A stretch of DNA of 64,000 nt, taken from contig CM106585.1 in NCBI GenBank assembly GCA_048013815.1, positions 12,276,001 to 12,340,000 of the forward strand. The letters are read 5' to 3'. The notes below the pieces were generated by a model. The model saw only the letters and a program-made list of their open reading frames with translations, made no database searches and was not told where the DNA came from. This stretch comes from Setoptus koraiensis. Taxonomy: Eukaryota > Animalia > Arthropoda. Position numbers and translations under genes: made by a program. Shown here piece by piece: positions 43,087 through 54,736 of the stretch (the first letter of the stretch is position 1; each line of letters starts with the position of its first letter).

Positions 43087-45471
43087 CTACCGTTCGTAAA
43101 CAGACGGGTACCATGGGCTACAAGGAGGATACTCAATGTCTCTGCACTTTTGAAACATGCTTCTATCAATCTTATCGGGCAGTGGACGACCAATGTCCTC
43201 CAGAGTTTCTATTTTTTCTTGATCAAATTTTGTTTCGTTCAAATATCTGAGTATCCCCAACGGAGCATTTGAATTAACTCGACTTATAAGCATCTGATAG
43301 GCAGAGGTTGAGGCCTTTGGAAGATCACACCTGGCCATGCGTCTTCTTGACGTTACCAATTTTCCATGCGGTAGTTCACTTGAACGAGGAAGCTCGGCGT
43401 TGATATAATATCTGGGCAACCCATTGGAGATTTTCTTTTTGTACGAGACGACGATCGGATTTTTCCGCCATACTCTAAAGTCCTCCGCGAAATATTTGAC
43501 CAGTTGATCTTTGACGCTCACTAGAACATCAAGACTTTCTTCATCTTCTGACCTTAATTCGCTTAAGCATCCTTCACAAAGAGGAGGATATTCTTCCCGC
43601 TGAGGTATAACAATTGAATGCCCGGTCCTCTCAACTTCCTCTACTCTTCCTAGCTTTATTCCGTCCTCCTCAATCAAGTATTTCTGTATGCGCATGCGAG
43701 CTGAATGAATAGCTCGACTTATAAGAAATTGATAGTTGATGAGGAATCCAAAAAATTCACACTCCTCGCTCACCGACGCGGGCGAGCTTCTTCTTACGTA
43801 ATGGAGCCTGGCCTTGATATAATAGGAGGTAGATCCATTGGACGTTCTCTTTTCGTACCATTCAACAGACGGGTTGAAATTCCAATCGTAAAGCACATCG
43901 TCTGATTTATGGTAGGTCTGATTTATGAGGAAATATCTGTTGATTTGATCTCTGACGCTAAGTAGAATAATTTCACTTTCTTCGTCCCCTTCTTTGTACT
44001 TAGTGGAGTATTCACCGGGAGGGTCTGAGTATCTATGTCTTCTTCCTTTGAAGTCAAAAACGGCCGGCTTAAACAGTGGTGATCGAATTGGATGTCCGAA
44101 ATCCTCAAGTAGCTCAACTTCGTTCGCATCTAGTACATCTTCATCGTCCAAGTATTTCAGTATGCACATAGGAGCTGTACGATTGTCCTGACTAATGAGA
44201 AATTGGTAGCGAATGTAGACTGGATTCCAATCATCAGTAACAGTGTACACACGCCTCAGATATGGAAGTTGGGCATTGATGTAATAGGTCATAGATTCGT
44301 TAGATGTTCTCTTTTTGTAGGAAACAACAGTTGGCTGTCTAATTCGTTCCCAATCGTATCGAATTGTGTCCTCGAAGCTAACTCTTTTTCCCGTGAATTC
44401 TTTCTCAATTTGATATCCGACGTTGATTAAGATGATACGAGTTTCATCATCTGCCGGTTTTAGTTCACTCAAACATCCATCACAAGGTGGAGGATATCCT
44501 TCCCGCCTAATTGATGGAGTTGGAAGTCCGAAATCTTCAAGTTGCTCTACTTTATTCACATCTAGAGCATCATCTTCATCCAAGTATTGCAGTATGCGCA
44601 TAGGAGCTGTACGATTGTCCTGACTTATAAGAAATTGGTAGCCGACGTAGACTGGAATCCAATCACAAGTAACATTGCACACACGCTTCATATACGGAAG
44701 CTGGGCATTGATGTAATAGGTCATAGATTCGTTAGATGTTCCCTTTTTGTAAGAAACAACAATTGGCTGCCTAATGCGTTTCCAATCGTATCTGAATGAG
44801 TTGAGGAAATAAACTATTCTTTCTGTGAAACATCTTTCGATCTGATATCTGACGCTACCCAAGATATTACGACTTTCATCATCTGCCGGTTTGAGTTCAC
44901 TCAAACATGCATCACAGGATAGAGGATATCCTTTCCGACTAATTGATGGAATTGGACGTTCGAAATCTCCAACTTGCTCTACTTCATTTTCATCTAGAGT
45001 GTAAGTTTTCTTCCAGTAACTCAGTATGCGCGCAGGAGCTGTGCGACCGTTTTGACTTATGGAAATCTGATAGTTGGTGTGGTCTTGTTCCCAAACACAA
45101 CTATATCGATAGCACTCCTGATACGGAAACTGGGCATTCATGTAATAGGTGACAGAATTGTTCGAGGTTCTCTTTTTGTAGGAAACAACAGTCGGGTATC
45201 TTCTCCGATCGTATCTCCTTGCACTCATGACCGTGAAAAAATATCCTTTTCTTGTGAAAAGGATTTCGAATTGATATCTGACGCTGTCTAAAATCTTGCG
45301 ACTTTCCTCATCTGCCGGTTTGAGTTCACTCAGGCAACCATCACATTCGAGAGGAGCCTCTTGTTCTAACGCTAGAGATAGATGGCCTGGGTGCAGACCA
45401 AGCAGGCACATGATGATTATTTTTAATAGCATGATTGTTCTAAAAAGCTGTAGAGGGGAAAATTGAGTCAT
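43087..45471 (-). CDS. Secreted five-domain stefin/cystatin-like protein
   Basis: Signal peptide (MLLKIIIMCLLGLHPGHLSLA, ATG 45432); five repeats of about 145 aa, e.g. GCLSELKPADEESRKILDSVRYQFE...VVSYKKRTSNNSVTYYMNA, versus stefin A GGLSEAKPATPEIQEIVDKVKPQLE...AVQYKTQVVAGTNYYIKV. Confidence 0.75.
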   Translation of the reverse strand: MTQFSPLQLFRTIMLLKIIIMCLLGLHPGHLSLALEQEAPLECDGCLSELKPADEESRKILDSVRYQFEILFTRKGYFFTVMSARRYDRRRYPTVVSYKKRTSNNSVTYYMNAQFPYQECYRYSCVWEQDHTNYQISISQNGRTAPARILSYWKKTYTLDENEVEQVGDFERPIPSISRKGYPLSCDACLSELKPADDESRNILGSVRYQIERCFTERIVYFLNSFRYDWKRIRQPIVVSYKKGTSNESMTYYINAQLPYMKRVCNVTCDWIPVYVGYQFLISQDNRTAPMRILQYLDEDDALDVNKVEQLEDFGLPTPSIRREGYPPPCDGCLSELKPADDETRIILINVGYQIEKEFTGKRVSFEDTIRYDWERIRQPTVVSYKKRTSNESMTYYINAQLPYLRRVYTVTDDWNPVYIRYQFLISQDNRTAPMCILKYLDDEDVLDANEVELLEDFGHPIRSPLFKPAVFDFKGRRHRYSDPPGEYSTKYKEGDEESEIILLSVRDQINRYFLINQTYHKSDDVLYDWNFNPSVEWYEKRTSNGSTSYYIKARLHYVRRSSPASVSEECEFFGFLINYQFLISRAIHSARMRIQKYLIEEDGIKLGRVEEVERTGHSIVIPQREEYPPLCEGCLSELRSEDEESLDVLVSVKDQLVKYFAEDFRVWRKNPIVVSYKKKISNGLPRYYINAELPRSSELPHGKLVTSRRRMARCDLPKASTSAYQMLISRVNSNAPLGILRYLNETKFDQEKIETLEDIGRPLPDKIDRSMFQKCRDIEYPPCSPWYPSVYER

Positions 45472-46164
45472 TGAAGTTCCAGAAGATTATATATGAAGAG
45501 GATCGTCGAATTAATTAGCGAGATGGTTGGATTTTCACGAATTTCACAGCTTGTTGATTCCGACCCAGCTACGGCCCGCAATGATCGAATAGCGTATTTG
45601 TTCGGTGGCGTTATTGGCACCGTTGTTTATTTGCGCCACTATTATGGTTCTTTTTCCGTTCTTCATTTTTATTTAGTCGGCACTTAAACTTGATGCAGAA
45701 TATAACTTAAAAACAAGTTCAAAAGTAGATTCGATTTCAAATCTTATCTGAAATTGAAGTGAAATGTTTTACAAAGTAGCGGTATCAAATGAATGCCATC
45801 ATGCATATGCACAACAATAAACTGATACGAAAACACAATACACTAATGCGAGTTGAGCTGACCAGGTATTTACAAGTGAGCTCTCGGGCTCACCTGGTAA
45901 ATCTCAGTTTGATTTCAGAGTTGTTGTGCACCAGACAAAGCTACCGACAGCCACTGGCGTGTCAAACTGCAACTTGTTATCCATGAGTCACAGTATAATG
46001 AAGAGAAGAATCACCAGCCACCTGCATCGCAGCGATAGATTCGCACCAACAGGTTGCACATCAAACTCGCTCACATCACAAAGACCTGAAATTATAAACA
46101 CTGTAACCTGGAGGCGATCGAATACTCATCCTACTAGTACAGTACCCCGGTGATTGTGGCGCCG

Positions 46165-46441
46165 AATAATGACGCCATTTCGGCGCAAACGGAGATTTTT
46201 TACTACGACAGTCGCTCAATTGGGAGGCATTTGATAATTGACCCAAGCAAGGGGATAACCACCTCAGACACACTAATGATATTGTATAAATGCAAGGATA
46301 GCGACGGTAACACGAGATGCATTCCAAAAGAATTGCAATGCGATGGAAAGGCTGATCGCGATGATATGAGCGATGAACTAGGTTCATGCAATGGGAATAA
46401 TCCTCATCCAGAGTCTCCGACTAGAGAAGTCGGCATAGGAG
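46165..46441 (+). pseudogene. Inverted, internally deleted fragment of the CUB/LDLa gene (copy of 51173-51539)
   Basis: NNDAISAQTEIFYYDSRSIGRHLIIDPSK shared; 90-bp in-frame deletion; several substitutions, including LDLa Cys>Arg. Confidence 0.85.
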
Positions 46442-46462
46442 ATACGACAAAAATGCAAAAAT

Positions 46463-47329
46463 GCCTGTAAGTTATAAATAATAAATGTCGAAGCCAATTA
46501 AAGAATAAGATTCATGAATAAAAGATGATGATTTTTTTTAATATGTAACTATGGGTTGAATTGTGCTACTATTTCCTCGACCGAATCTATTCTGAATCCG
46601 TTTTGCACTGCAGCAGCAGTCTGACGACTAATATGATTTATTAGTTGTACTTCGATAGCAAAGGTAGACACTTTTTGAATACCGATGTAGATAAGCCATA
46701 TAGGCCTACTTATGCTAGCGTCACTAGCGAAAATCTTAGAAGTCGAGTGGCAAGCCGCAAAGCTGAAATTCTTCGCAAAATACAACTGCACAACCAAGAG
46801 CTCAAAACCGAAAAACTGGCCGATAATAGAGAGTCGAATAAACCCAATGACGAGGAAATGGAAACAGAATGTAAAGGCCCCCAAATCAAGTCAACAAAAG
46901 GACGAGGTAAGAATGTGAGATTCGATGATACCATCTTAGAGGAAGATGATCATAAGAGGCATACACCACAAATTAATGAAGAATCTAAAGACATCAAGCC
47001 CATCATCAAGACTGATCAAGAGATAGACATGGACTTTGTGTCGATAGATGAGATTAACCAAGCTTTTGATTTATTCACCATGGGCTCTGATGATGAAGTT
47101 AGTGACGATGATGGCAGATTGGATTGATTAATTTTTCAAGGTCAACTATTTTTAAATCTATATCTTGGTAATTTATATTATTACATTAAGACAAACTGTG
47201 ATAGTTAATCATGTGTAGATCATGGTATATATGTATTTAATCGGCGATTCCGGCTGCTGCCTTACAATTAAATTGGCTTCATCGATAACTGCAGAACAAA
47301 ACTCTAACTCTGTTAGATGACCATTTCAT
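46463..47329. repeat. Rearranged segmental duplicate of 39927-43071 (LAMTOR1 3' end fused to the 3' half of the 41798 gene)
   Basis: 46463-46654 matches 39927-40081 and 46651-47329 matches 42389-43071; TTCG microhomology at the junction; scattered SNPs and indels. Confidence 0.9.
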
Positions 47330-47346
47330 TCAGTTAGCGTCGAGCT

Positions 47347-48521
47347 TCAAAACAATGCGAAGTTTGGTGAATGTATGGAGTAGACTTTAGAATACTCGGC
47401 TGAAGGTATGAATTTTGTGAATAAACGGCCACATTGTTCAGCCTCATGAAAGCCCACCTTGGTAATTATATTGAGCGCTTGTTTGTTTGTAGTTAGGCTC
47501 ATGACTAGCACATTATTAGTTAGAGGTAAATTATAATTTTCAATTAATTTCCTCATTAACAGCTCGGCTATATCACTACTCTCGGCATAGATTGGCCCTA
47601 TCATACAGCCGCCAGTGTTGTCTGCTCTTATGCAACCGTAGCCGGATATAGTTGCATCTTTGTTGTCTTTTCCATCTAAATCGTCCGACACTGACAGTTC
47701 ATTTGTGCTCTTACAACACGCCAACAGCTCCTCCTGATCCTCTATGGAGTCCACTCTATTGCAAATAGCAGCGCCTTGGTCGTTGCTTGTTTGCCTCTCT
47801 TCTTTTATAGCCATAATTGTGAGTGGACAATCGTTAGTTTTCAGATATAATCTTAACAATTTTTCTCTAGAATAGTGCAAGATACCACGATCGTATTCCA
47901 CCAGTTTCTTGAATCGTTCCTCTGGCGAGCTATTATCAAATATTTCTGTGCGATATCCCTCCAATGATGCTGTTAATGTGTTTAAATCTAATTGTTTCAA
48001 GTCTTTGTCGCATTCAAAAATGCAAAGTCGCGCTGGATCATTAATGTCGAAGCCGCTTCTCTTATATTTATCATACATATCATCGACACCATACAGGCCA
48101 ATATTAATATTTGCCTGATTCAATCGACTAGTTGTTTGCGACCACAACTTCTTACCAATACCGTGCTTCTGGTGTTCGGGCCTCACCGCATAGAAGCCCA
48201 TGAACGCCGTGTCAGGCCTAGCCATACAGCCCGAACACATACCGATTATTTCGCCTAGAGTTGATCACAATTGTGGTTAAAGTGTTAAAAGTTGGCATGA
48301 TGCAAGCTAGACTCTAGCAAACGATAAGCGTTTTTCTATACCAACAACATACCTGTCTCGTCATCGATGGCCACGTAAAATCCTTCCGGATCGGCCTTGA
48401 ATGAACTAACCACGGTCTGATGGCCCTCATTTAGTCCAATCTCTCGCCAAATATCTAGACAAGTGATGATGTCTTCACACTTCATTTGTCTTATGGTATA
48501 TTTAGTGTCACTTACTGACAT
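47347..48521 (-). CDS. GNAT-family N-acetyltransferase (two-domain, YitH-like C-terminus); join(47347..48254,48353..48521)
   Basis: YTIRQM...DPEGFYVAIDDETG|EIIGM...FMGFYAVRPEHQKHGIGKKLW (acetyl-CoA motif A); C-terminal GYGCIR...IGPIYA; 98-nt GT-AG intron. Confidence 0.85.
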
Positions 48522-51035
48522 GATGACGAGCTGACACTTTTACACTAGATTATGGAAAATGAATAACTTCTTACTTGGTAGTCTTGCTGGTAGATAGCCA
48601 CTTTTGATTGGTAAACTCAAACTGATGTGCGAACGATGTTTGTGATCGGTAAAAGTGAACCAACTGATTGGTTCAGTTTCCGAAACAAGAGCCTCTTGTC
48701 GACGGATCGTTTCGTTATTGTCGTTAGTGGCCATGCGCCCCAATGACTGGAACGGCTGAGACGTCGCAACGGAACATTATGCTCGCGGCAAACAAGAGTT
48801 ATGACAAGGATAGTGCCTCAGTAGAATGAACAAGCAGTCCAACAAATAGTAGTAGCAGTAGCTATAGATCGTCACATCGAGATAGTAGTGACCAATGAAA
48901 GTCGTTCGTGCATTGGTCACTATAGTGATGTGCACTTGTCAATGTTATCTATGTTTATGGTACCTCAAACCAGTGTGTGTTATGTAATATGCGCTTGAGG
49001 CGCACCTAACCAACTCACAATAATAGACGCACATAAGAGGAGTGACAGATACCAGTTCATGAATTGCGGGACACATTCCTTAGATTCCTCTGTCTATTAA
49101 TATGACTACAAACGTTAAATAACTACCATATTGGATTGGATGGCGACCATATTACAGTGTACCGTTATTGTTTGCATGTCGTTCAATACTGTGCGTGTGT
49201 GTTCTAATGAGAATTTTCGAGATATGATAGATGATGTTGATGAACTGATCATCAGACATAATATTAACTTTTACTGTTCTTCCATGTTCATTCATAGCAT
49301 GTAGTTGTTGATTTGATGCTCGATCGCTACTACCATGAGTCGCGAAGAATTTTTCTCTGTGTATTAAGGTTCTAAATTGAAAACTAGTTGTCTGTCAACA
49401 TTGTGTTTGCGTTAATATTCAATTAGTTTGCCTCATTGGTCTAGTCTAGTCCTGTCAAGCTCAATCCGGTGTGGATCTTTGGCGGTGGCGGTGGCGGTGA
49501 TGGACGTTCGAACATTTCAACAATCATCGAGCGACCAAGACAACAAGAGATATTAGAAACAGACAATAGCGAGCGGCAAACAATGGCAATTATTCTTTTA
49601 TACATTAAGGCAATTGTTCGGGCCTCTATTGTCCATCTAAACATGTTGCACCATTAGGAGCTCTGTCATTTAAGAGTTAGCCGGTATCGCATTCGTAAGC
49701 CAACTAGCGATTATCTGACACTTTCTTGATATAGGACCTATAATCGTGCATGCCCATATGACCTATTATTAAAATTCTTTCGTGTTCCATTTTGTCCGAA
49801 TAACCACAATAAACTGCCAAGATATTAGATATATTTATAAACACAGATATACCAAAACATGTACACAAACATTCAAATCTAGAGAGAGGGAGAGAGTATA
49901 GATCTGTATCAGAAATGTTTAGGAGGAAGTCTGGCCTATTTTCTCACTATTGACCAGAGTGCTACAGCTGTTTAGATTAGACGAATATAAACACAGATGT
50001 CACAATGTGTCGATTTGATCAAATGGTAAACATTGGGGATATCGGTGGCTGCAAGAGTGCAAGGGTAAGCAAGCAAGAAATCATTGCGTAAACACTTTAC
50101 TTGCAAGTCATAGAGATGGAGGCGAGCTGATAACGACCTGCTGGCGCTATACTTATTATATCTATAGTAGACGGCGATAGTGAGTAAAAGACACAAAGAC
50201 TTGCCTTATCTGGGCAACTATCTGCCTGGAATATATTATTAATAACAGAGGAAGCCAGCTACTACTACAACTACTAGAGTCATTCACTTTCCGTACAAAG
50301 CGACTCGACCACAGTCCAATCTCCCAGATTGCGAGTGGCGTAACTCCTTCCCCCGAGCTTGCTTCAAGGCGTCTGATACTTTGGTGCCATGATCAAAGCT
50401 TGGCACTATTATCATGCCCCTCTCAGGCCTCATTGGCATAGATCGACATTTGGCTGATTATTTGCGTTGGCTCCGTCGAGAGAGAGAGAATGCGTTATGA
50501 AAATGATCTATTATTTAGTAGGAGAGAGAGAAAAAAAAATGTTTACCGATTCCGAGAATTCATCTCTATGTGTTGCGCTATCTCATTGAGGAAACTTCAA
50601 GAGGTTCATGCATGATTTTTCGTTCGAACTTGGGTGATACGCGACAACTAAACCGATGTAATATGTGTGACATAGGAGCCACAGTAGTAGATCTTAAAGC
50701 GAGATAATAACACCCCAATATGACTTAGGTGGCACACAACGAGATAGACAAGTCTAAGTTGAGTTATCGCAAGTGGCCGCTCCCAAGACACCGTCTTGAT
50801 TTACCTGTTCATCGAGCTGTTCAGGCACAACACAACCGGCCACGCAATCAATTTCTTCACAATGGGGCCACTCGCCCATAAGTTTCTTATCAGGTCGAGT
50901 AAACGCAATCCGTAGTCGCGAGCATACTCAACTCAAAGGACTCAAAAAGGCAAGGCATATTCATTACAGTAGTTTATTTGAACACACAGTTTATAGTTTA
51001 GTATCGTTTAACATAGATAACTAACAATCACAAAC

Positions 51036-53657
51036 TTATTCTGCCGATGCGAATGCAGTGTAATCGCCAGAACGGAATCTTCCTTCCACATATTTGTAAG
51101 CATCTTGTCCGAACTTGCCAGCAACGAATCCCACAATCAACATAAATATCACCAATGTGAAGACTGTCATACCTCCAATGCCGACTTCTCTAGGTGGAGG
51201 CTCTGGATGAGGACTATTCCCTTTGCATAAACCTAGTTCATCGCTCATATCATCGCAGTCAGCCTTTCCATCGCATTGCAATTCTTTTGGAATGCATCTC
51301 GTGTTACTGTCGCAAATAAAGTCACCAACTTGGGCAGAATTGTCGCACTCTTTCCATTGATAGGATAGCTTCAGAGGGGGCAAGGTAGCATTGCCTTTGT
51401 AGCTATCCTTGAATTTATACAATATCATTAGTGTGTCCGAGGTGGTTATCCTCTTGCTTGGGTCAATTATCAAGTGCCTCCCAATTGAACGACTGTCGTA
51501 GTAAAAAATCTCCGTTTGCGCCGAAATGGCGTCATTATTTGTTACATTGAATACTATGCGTTTCGGTTTCTCCTTGAGAGCCCTGTTACTTATGATGGCT
51601 ACGGCACGCTTGGCAGTCACATTTAACGGCAGATCAGGTACAACGGCGGTGCTCCCATTACTCAATATAACGCCATAATCGATGGCTTGAACATTAACTG
51701 AGATGCCTTTATTCTGATTTAATACTCCAGTAACAGTTTTCTCATGTTGCGTTAGTGAGATGCTGGAGTGATTCTCGGTTAATAAATCGCCTATGATAGT
51801 ATAATTACCATTACCGATGTATTCAATATCGCCCCGACCATGGGCCACCCTCAATTGATCTGTTTGACGAATATCGACATTTTGGAATGTGGTGAGCAAA
51901 TAGCTCTCAGATGATTCCAAAATGTAAGTCTGTGTACCAAATCCAGCTGGATAAGATAGCGGATAGCTAGAGGTTGTTAGAGTTACATTAGATGATTCGA
52001 TGGGTACGATGATGGAATACTGATCACGATTCACATTATGGGAGTAGCTAGCATAAAATGATAGTGCCGATGTTTTAATATCCCTGGTCACCTTGACGTA
52101 ATGCTTGAAATACTTGTCCAACATAAGTTTAATCGGGAATTGGTACGCGCGTCTACCGCAAAAACTAGCTACCTTTTCTTCGGTGATTCCGAGCTTGTAG
52201 ACTTCGATACAGTCTTTTTCATTCTGAAGGTTAAAATCGTCAAAAGAGAGAATGATGAATTTATCTTGTTGCAGTTCTGTCCCTAAAACCCAAACGAATT
52301 GTGATTCCTTCATGTCTGGGATGGCTAGGTAGTCGGTATCTTCGTGTGATAATTTGTTGTACGAATTGTTTTGTATCTGAAATTCGTAGGCGGGCAGATT
52401 TTTCAAGGCACTACCGTCACTGGAGTCATTGAATTGGACGATCATTGTTTTTGCTTGCGCGAAGGATATGAGAGGTGGGAGAGCCTGATTCTCCATGAAA
52501 GTAACCAAAGGATTATAGGGATCGATTGAAGGGTCAAATACGAGCATTGACACCTTCGGTGGCAGAGGGCTCTTCAGTAGGATTGATGGGTATGGCTGAC
52601 CAGTGTAGATATATTTGACGAACTTTTCTTTTACCAAATCTTTCGGCCTTTCGATTGGTCCAGCCTTGTTCTGGTGCCCTCCAACCGTTCTAGCATTTAT
52701 TATGAGTCCGTTATTCATTGGTTGGGTCTCTGGATTTATGAAATTCCGAGATTCATAGATAATAACAAGCCCGTTACCAATAAAGCTTTCTATTGTGTTC
52801 TCGAAGAGAGAGCTCGATCGCCTGTTGACTATCAAGGTGTTGTTGTCGTTGGGTATAAAGGAGAGTATATCTTCTAGATCTGTGACATACTTGAATTGCT
52901 TGAAATCTACCTCAATGTAACCTCCTGGTTTTGAAGAGCTTAACAGCTGTGCACAAATGTAGGGACCTTTTATGGTCGTGGGTAAAATAAATTGAAGATT
53001 TTCTGGATCTTTTGTGTACGTAGAGCAGTCTGAGTGAACGCTCCACGCTTGGATTGAGAATGTTTCCAATTTCGAGTTAGCAGAAATATTGATCGGAGCA
53101 GAAGAATTCGACAATGTATATCTATTAACGGCAAGAGGCGGTTCAATTTTCACTTCATTTGAGCTAGTTCGTACCAATGTTTTTTCTCCATGTGCCAAGA
53201 TTTGAATGTCGAAGGTTACGCCGGCTAGACTGTTTACAGTTAAATTGCTTGCTTCAGCGACAGTTAAATTTATTTGCTTCGGATTTACGAAATAGGCAAC
53301 ATCGATGTAGCGGTCTAGCTGGCCTGAACCTGTCTCTACAAATATGGTCCAATTTCCTCCGGCTATGGCTATCAGTCCTGATATAGCTGTCAACGGATAT
53401 TTCCTATCATTGGCTGGGTTATCTGCTGATTGCAGGCCTAATTTGTCACCCTCGGCTAATCTAATATTTCTCACTTGAAGAACAAGGCTCTCATTGGAAA
53501 ACCACGACCAAGAACAGTCTGAGTTTGGTTTCAAATCCGGGTCTAGAGAAAGATTTCCTTGACTGCCAGTGAGAGGTGAAATTTGGTTGTTTCCACATGG
53601 GATAGCTGCGACAACAGCGGTCACAATGAAATAAAACAACACAATTTGTGAAATCAT
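51036..53657 (-). CDS. Type I membrane protein with several CUB-like domains and a juxtamembrane LDLa domain
   Basis: Signal peptide; CUB-like motifs (NSDCSWS, LSFDDFNLQNEKDCIEVY...SFCG, LTTSSYPLSYP); LDLa FICDSNTRCIPKELQCDGKADCDDMSDE; TM; short tail; intronless. Confidence 0.8.
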   Translation of the reverse strand: MISQIVLFYFIVTAVVAAIPCGNNQISPLTGSQGNLSLDPDLKPNSDCSWSWFSNESLVLQVRNIRLAEGDKLGLQSADNPANDRKYPLTAISGLIAIAGGNWTIFVETGSGQLDRYIDVAYFVNPKQINLTVAEASNLTVNSLAGVTFDIQILAHGEKTLVRTSSNEVKIEPPLAVNRYTLSNSSAPINISANSKLETFSIQAWSVHSDCSTYTKDPENLQFILPTTIKGPYICAQLLSSSKPGGYIEVDFKQFKYVTDLEDILSFIPNDNNTLIVNRRSSSLFENTIESFIGNGLVIIYESRNFINPETQPMNNGLIINARTVGGHQNKAGPIERPKDLVKEKFVKYIYTGQPYPSILLKSPLPPKVSMLVFDPSIDPYNPLVTFMENQALPPLISFAQAKTMIVQFNDSSDGSALKNLPAYEFQIQNNSYNKLSHEDTDYLAIPDMKESQFVWVLGTELQQDKFIILSFDDFNLQNEKDCIEVYKLGITEEKVASFCGRRAYQFPIKLMLDKYFKHYVKVTRDIKTSALSFYASYSHNVNRDQYSIIVPIESSNVTLTTSSYPLSYPAGFGTQTYILESSESYLLTTFQNVDIRQTDQLRVAHGRGDIEYIGNGNYTIIGDLLTENHSSISLTQHEKTVTGVLNQNKGISVNVQAIDYGVILSNGSTAVVPDLPLNVTAKRAVAIISNRALKEKPKRIVFNVTNNDAISAQTEIFYYDSRSIGRHLIIDPSKRITTSDTLMILYKFKDSYKGNATLPPLKLSYQWKECDNSAQVGDFICDSNTRCIPKELQCDGKADCDDMSDELGLCKGNSPHPEPPPREVGIGGMTVFTLVIFMLIVGFVAGKFGQDAYKYVEGRFRSGDYTAFASAE

Positions 53658-54736
53658 TGTTGCAATGACTTAAAATTCACTAATATGTAGTATATAGAAA
53701 TAATAATTGGCAGATTTCAGTATGTCTCTAGGTTCATGGATGTATTGTATAGGATGTTATTGTTGCCAGAGAAGTGAGATAACACCCACAACACGCTCAA
53801 AATCACTTCTTCCATGTCTAGTTACCAGCGACAACTTGTAGGGGGCGCCGCGTGCGCCACTCGATTGGCTGTCGGATGTCTCTTGATGGGCTGCACTATG
53901 TGAAGTTCCAACTAGCGCCTCCTCGAGAAGGCACGTCGAACTGCGCACATTACATGAACACTTGTGTTTAAAGATAGAACATTATAAATGTTTAGGCGTC
54001 TCTCAATAATGACTGTTCTAATGAGCCCTACAATGAGTGCTCAATGTGCTGCAATTTTGTGAGCGATAATATCGTGTAATAGATGATCAAATGATTAAAT
54101 GATATAAATAATAAAAAAACAAATGGTAGGCTCCTAAGGCAAACCTAGATCAATCATATACAAAGTTAGCGCCGTCCACTTTAACTTTATAGCTAGAACT
54201 GGGCACTGTATGTTGCCTGTTATAACATGGAGAACTTTACAGGTGTACAAAAATATGTTTGATGATAAACCAATGTGAATTATTGTCATCCCATGTAGAA
54301 TATATAGGCGACATGTTCATCTGTGTATTGTGCTTTGCGTATATTAGTGCGTCCAAATGAAAATGATATTCAAGTTCACCACGGTCTTTCTCTTTTTCAA
54401 AATCGGCGCTCAGTTCTGCGCACAAAAATCACAATCCCTGGGTTGACGAACCAATGTGAAATAGTATACTATTAATTATCCACCAACAACAACCTCTAAC
54501 CTTTTATTAATATTAGCACTATTATTTCTTCTATACCACGAAAGATATGCGACAATTAAATTCTTACATATACATTGTTAATATAAATTCACTCTTGATG
54601 TACCAGAAAGAAATCGAGAGAGACTAAGAGAGGCCTGCCTCGCCTTACAAAAAAAAATATACAATTCAACCCCGACCCAGGATTGCTTCAAACAACCTAA
54701 ATGCTGCTTACCTGCTGAAATTAAACACACCTCAAT

